A program made the translations under genes and the position numbers. Positions 58,978 through 64,000 of a stretch of 64,000 nucleotides of DNA are shown one piece after another. The stretch spans positions 61,010,001 through 61,074,000 of the forward strand of contig NC_045696.1 of NCBI RefSeq assembly GCF_009834535.1, given 5' to 3'. Under the pieces are notes generated by a model. The model saw nothing but the letters and a program-made list of their open reading frames with translations, made no database searches and was not told the origin of the DNA. The DNA is from Camelus ferus (taxonomy: Eukaryota). Numbering within the stretch: position 1 is the stretch's first letter; each line of letters begins with the position of its first letter.

Positions 58978-61887
58978 TCTTAGACCTCAGCTCATATGAG
59001 GGACAAGTCATCTTTTTTTGTTTTGTTTTGTTTGAGTATAGGTAGATTTATTTAGAGATACATCAAGAGGCAAGAGAAAGGCCATGAGGTGTGGGGCTTG
59101 GGTGCTCAGATTAGAGTAAAAGTAGGTACACACTCCATAGACAGAATGCGGGCCATCTCCAAAGAGGGAGAGAGAAGGGTGGCAGCCACAAATCATCTCA
59201 AAAGATTAATTTCTCCAAATCTGCCCCCAATAGTAGATAGAAACTCCAAAAGGCAACCCAGGAACCTAGAGTAACTCTTGGTAAACGCTAACCATTGCTG
59301 CCACAGGTTATTTTTTTTTAAATTGAGATCAGGTAAAGAAGCCAAAGCTCAGGAGAAGGAAAGCAGGAAAGAGGCCAGGCAGGCCCAAGTGATTACAGCC
59401 TTTCAAGGGCAGCCACCATCCCTAAGTCCTTGGCCCCCAGAAGTCTGAGACAACCCTGATGATCAATACAACATCTGCCACTGACCTGGTCGATGGTCCA
59501 AGAAATGTCCCCATAAGGACAAACCTTCAAGATCTGTCTGTTTTTGGTGTAACAAGCAAGGTCGTTGGGTAGCCCTCTGTCCCTTGAGCCAAATGGCCCA
59601 TGGGGGATAACCGGCCTGCGACCTGCAAATGACTGTCTGGGACTAAAGAAGTCCCCTCCAGTCAGCCCCAACGCAAGAGATCTTCATCACTGGGCTGGAG
59701 CCACGGGTGCAAATGGATGTGGCAGGTAGGACAATCACTTTTATTTTTTTGGATACCAGAACCACCTACTCTGTCCTAATTTCCTTCTCTAGGCCCTTCT
59801 CTAGATTCTGTACCATCATGGGAGTCACAGGTAAACCGACCTTAAGATTCTTTACTCACCTTCTTTGTTGTTTATGGGATGAACGCTCATTGGCACATTC
59901 TTTCTTATGCATGCCAGAATGTCCTAGCCCCCTTTAAGGCCAAGATCTTTACAAGCTGGGAACCTGAGTTATCCTGGGAGAAGGTCCCCAAACTTTCACC
60001 TCTTTATACTCTTACTGCTCTCTGGGGAAAGAGAAAAACCTCTGGACCCAGAGGCTTGGGAGAATAAAATTAATCCTGCTGTCTGGGATCAAGGTATCCC
60101 AGGGCGAGCAAAGACGGCTGCTCCAGTTGTCATGTCCCTCAGAGATCCTACCTGGTTCCCTAATCGAAAACAAGATATGACTTACTTATCGGCTCTCTTA
60201 CTCGAGAACAGGCCATGCAACATGCAATCCAAAGTCTTCACTTGTTGGCTGAGCGGGGATATAAAGTTTCCAGGTCCAAGGCCAAAATGGTCAAACAAGA
60301 GGTAACTTATCTAGGAGTTGTTCTGACTCCTGGAAACTGTAGCCTTTCCCCTGAACGAATTCAGGGAATCTTACAACTCCCTAATCCCACTACTTGAAAA
60401 CAGCTCAGGGTATTTCTTAGACTAACAGGTTCCTGTAGGCTTTGGATCTTTAACTATGGGTCTATAGCCCAACCTCTGTATGACAGCTTAAAGGGTAAAG
60501 ATGGCTCAGTATCTCTCCCGTAGGGGCCTTCCCAACAGGAAGCAATGGAAGAATTAAAAAAAATCTAGTAAGATCCCTGGCCTTGGGGCTTCCAGATCCC
60601 ACAAGGCCCTTCCAGTTCTCTGTTCACGAGAGAGGAGGAATAACCTTGGGGGTCCTCACCCAACGGCTGGGTCCTACCCAACAGCCTATAGGATACCTCT
60701 CCAAGTGGGTAGATCCCACTGCTCGAGGCTGGCCTTCCTGCCTGAGTGTTGGGAGCCCTCTCCACTCTCCTGGAGGAATCTTCTAAGCTAACTCTGGGAG
60801 CCCCTATACAAGCATACGCTAACCATCAAGTTTCTGATCTTTTAAAAGGCAAGGGACATTTCTGGCTCTCAGCTGCTCGGCTTCTTAAATATCAGGCATT
60901 CTTACTGGAAAACCCAGGTATCATTGTCTCCGTTTGTGGGACACTCAATCCTGATGCATCCATCACCAGAGGAGTCTCTTCCCTTTCACCTATGTCATGA
61001 GTCCCTAGCCATTTCTCTAGGAGCTAGAACAGATCTCACCGACCAACCCCTGGAAAACCCTGATGAGATCTGGTTCACTGATGGGAGCCACATATTCTTG
61101 TGAGCCTCTTAGTGATCTGTGACTACTTTTCAAGCAACACTCCGGTAAGACTGTTCCATCGCCCTAGGGGATTACGGATCCCTGTTAGATAAACCTCTTT
61201 CTTAAATGTCTCCTGGCTCAAAACTTTTTTCTTTTAGGGCCCCTGCCAAACTGTTTTAATACTAATTTAAATTGTCTCTGACATTAGGGTCTCTCTTTTT
61301 ACTCCTCCGTTAGTTCACTGGACTAACACTCCAACATCTGCTTTCTAAAACCTAAACGAACAGAAAGCACAGAAATCATTTTTTTTTTAAGACCCTTGTT
61401 TGCCCTTTTCATCCTTTGGCTAGGATTAGCTGTATATATTTGACCTCTGTTTTTTCAACCTTCTTGTGAAATGTGTTTCTTCTTGTCTAGAGGTAAAGTT
61501 CAAATGGCTGTACAACAAGGTAATCAACCAATCAGCCAAGACCGCTTATATACAAGCCCCTCGATGGACACCGACCCTTCGCTCACATCCTGCCCACTGA
61601 CAGCCAGCTAGTCTGGGACCCCAATGAGCTCCATGGTTGTCCCAGATCAGCAGGAAGTAGCTAGAGTGTTTGTCGCTCTCAAAGTCCCAAAGATTTGGGG
61701 TCCTATGACTAGAGGGGGGGAATGTTAGGTAGTTTAGATATAAATGAGCACTGGGCAGGGGGAGAGGATGGGGAAAGGAGCAACCCAGAACACAAGGAAC
61801 CTGAGCTCTCAATCAACCAGAGCGCAGGGAACCTGAGTTGTTAATCAATCAGTCAGTCAGCCAGTCAGTCAATCAATCAATCAATTA
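58978..61887 (+). mobile_element. Decayed class I (gamma-like) endogenous retrovirus fragment: gag end, pro, deleted pol, env tail, PPT, partial 3' LTR
   Basis: Gag-like EGQVI..; protease-like FLDTRTTYSVL; RT-like GYKVSRSKAKMVKQEVTYLG; tether LGVLTQRLGP..PIGYLSK; RNase H start EIWFTDGS (~61065); PPT AGAGGGGGGGAA 61711-61722 followed by TGTTAG; many stops and frameshifts. Confidence 0.9.
59014..59187 (-). mobile_element. Short poly(A)-tailed LTR-like retroposon inserted into ERV gag
   Basis: T-rich tail, antisense AATAAA, 11-bp TSD ACAAGTCATCT (59003-59013) / ACAAATCATCT (59188-59198). Confidence 0.8.
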
Positions 61888-62064
61888 CCAGGTCTGGGGG
61901 TGGAGGGTCACCCTGTATCATGTGTCTATGAGACAGGGTGCCCCTCACCCCCAGGCCTGGGGATGGCGGTGTACCCCGTGTCATTTTTCTGTGTCTATGA
62001 GACGGGGTGCCCCTCCACCCCCAGGCCTGGGCATGGAGGTGCACCCCATGTCATGTATCTATGA
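61888..62064. repeat. Tandem repeat of ~63-70 bp units, each containing a ~44-bp palindrome centred on AGGCCT
   Basis: Unit tcatgtgtctatgagac-ggggtgcccctccacccccagg|cctggg..tggaggtgcacccc; related copies at 58625-58700 and 58963-58977. Confidence 0.88.
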
Positions 62065-62119
62065 TTATTTTCAAGCAAATCTTAGACATCATATTCATCC
62101 GTATATATTTCAGTATATG

Positions 62120-64000
62120 TAGAAAATCCCAAGGAATCTCTTTTTTAAAACCCTCCTAGTATTCATGTGCTTAGCAGTGTTGCAGACTACAAGATAAACA
62201 TACAAAAATCAATTGCATTTCTATATAGTAGCAATGAACACGTGGACACCAAAATTTAAAATACCATACCACTTTCAATCAGTATATATAAAAAAAGAAG
62301 CACTTAGATGTAAATTAAATAAAATATGTACAGGATTTGTATGCAGCAAGTATAAATTCTTGATCAAAGAAATCAAAGAAGATCTAAGTGAATGAAGAGA
62401 TATATTATGTTTATGGATTAGAAGACTCAGTATAGATGGCCATTATCTCCAAATTTATATACAAACTTAATGCAAGTCCTATCAAAATCCCAGCAAGATT
62501 TTTTGGACAAAATTATTCTAAAATTTATATGAAAAGACAAAGGAGGAAGAATGACTAAAACTTTTGAAAAAGAAGAAGGAAGTAGGAGAAATCAGTCTAC
62601 CCAATTTTAAGACATTATATAGCTACAATAATCAAGAACTATGTCGTATTGTTGGAGGTATAGACACAGATCAATGGAACAGAATAGAGAACCCAGAAAT
62701 AGACCCAAACAAATATGCCCACCTGATTTTTGACAAAGATGCAAAAGCAATTTGATGAATGAAAGAGAGCCTTTTCAACAGATGGAGCTGGAACAACTGG
62801 AAATCCACAGGCAAAAAAAAAAAAAAAAAAAAAAAGAACCTTGACTTATTATCACAATTATACAAAAATTAAAATAGATTGCAACAAATGTAAAATTATA
62901 AAAATTTTAGGGGAAAAAAAAGCAGGAAAAAAATCTCAGGATATACAGCTAGGCAAGTAATTCTTAGACTTGACACCAAAAATGATTTATGTAAGGACAC
63001 ATAAAAATAAAACGTTTGCTCTACAAAATACCCCTTTAAAGGGACAAAAACACGAGCTACAAACTGGGAAAAGATATTTGAAAACCACCCATCTAGCAAA
63101 GAGCTAGTATCCAGAGGACATAAGGAACTCTTGAAACTCAACGGTAAATGTTCTATGTCAATTATACCTCTATTTAAAAAATTAAGTTAAAAACTCAACA
63201 GTAATAAAAAATCCAATTAGAATATGAGCAAAAGATATTAAGAAACATTTCACTGAAACAGGTATACTAGTCACAAATAAACACATGAAAAGAAGTTCAA
63301 TAACATTAGCCATAAGGGAAATGCAAATTTACACCACAAGATATAACAACATATCTATCAGAACCACTAAAATAGAAAATAGTAACAATACTAAATGTCA
63401 GCAAGGATGCAAAGAGACTATCACTCATTCATTGCTGGTGGGAATGTAAAATGGTTCAGCCACCCTGGAAAACAGTTTGTCAGTTTTTTATGAGACTAAA
63501 TAAACATGCAACTATCCTACAACCCATCAATTTCACTGTTGCACATTTATCCCCAAGTGGTAAAAATATATATGCACACAAAAACCTGTATATGAATGCT
63601 AATAGCAGCTTTATTAGTCAAAAATTGGAAACAACCCAGATATAATTCTACAGCTGAATACCAGAATGAACAATAGGACATACATACCTTAGAATACTAC
63701 TCAGAATTAAAAGGAATAAACTATTAATATATGCGACAACCTGGATGAATCTCCAGAGAATTCTGCTGAATGAAAAAAAAGCCAATCCCCAAATATTCTG
63801 CATGATTCCATTTATATAACATCATTGAAATGACAAAATTATAGAAATGAAGAACAGAGTAGTGGTTGCCAGAAGTTAAGGAGAAGATGCGGGCAGGAGG
63901 GAAGTGAATATGGCTATTAAAGGGCAACACGAGGGATCCTTGCCATGGCAACATTCTGTCTTTCCTCTTTCAATATTAGTACCCTGTTTGTGATGTTGTA
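62120..64000 (+). mobile_element. L1 ORF2 3' portion and 3'UTR, degraded
   Basis: Peptides LIKEIKEDL, DQWNRIENPEIDPNKYAHLIFDKDAK, VQPPWKTV. Confidence 0.92.

Noticed and set aside
61888..62064. CRISPR-like appearance of the palindromic repeats
   Set aside because: Mammalian context, spacers are near-identical rather than unique, and there are no cas genes

Overview
Eukaryotic (mammalian) genomic DNA, most likely from a camelid, judged from repeated tRNA-Ala-like SINEs resembling vic-1. The window holds one complete protein-coding gene on the + strand, RUBCN (Rubicon: RUN domain, coiled coil and C-terminal Cys-rich Rab7-binding RH domain; negative regulator of autophagy). I reconstructed 20 GT-AG coding exons by hand from ATG 1714 to TGA 48076. 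All intron phases are consistent and the total is 2916 nt, or 971 aa. Two further frame-preserving cassette exons lie at 29460-29504 and 36358-36432. The gene has a CpG-island promoter (CCAAT, ZNF143-type and ETS sites) and a ~2.6 kb 3'UTR ending near AATAAA 50667; the UTR contains a homologue of the human MIR922 locus. The rest is intronic or intergenic DNA with SINE, L1, L2, MIR, Tigger, MER and LTR remnants. The most unusual structure is at 58.6-62.1 kb: a decayed gamma-like ERV fragment sits exactly at the centre of one unit of a tandem array of ~44-bp palindromes and is itself interrupted by a short poly(A)-tailed, LTR-like retroposon that has a second copy at 19.3-19.5 kb. I found no evidence for a new gene system. 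The novel candidates are splicing/isoform features and mobile-element architecture. Repeat family names come from memory of consensus sequences, not from a search, and repeat boundaries are approximate.
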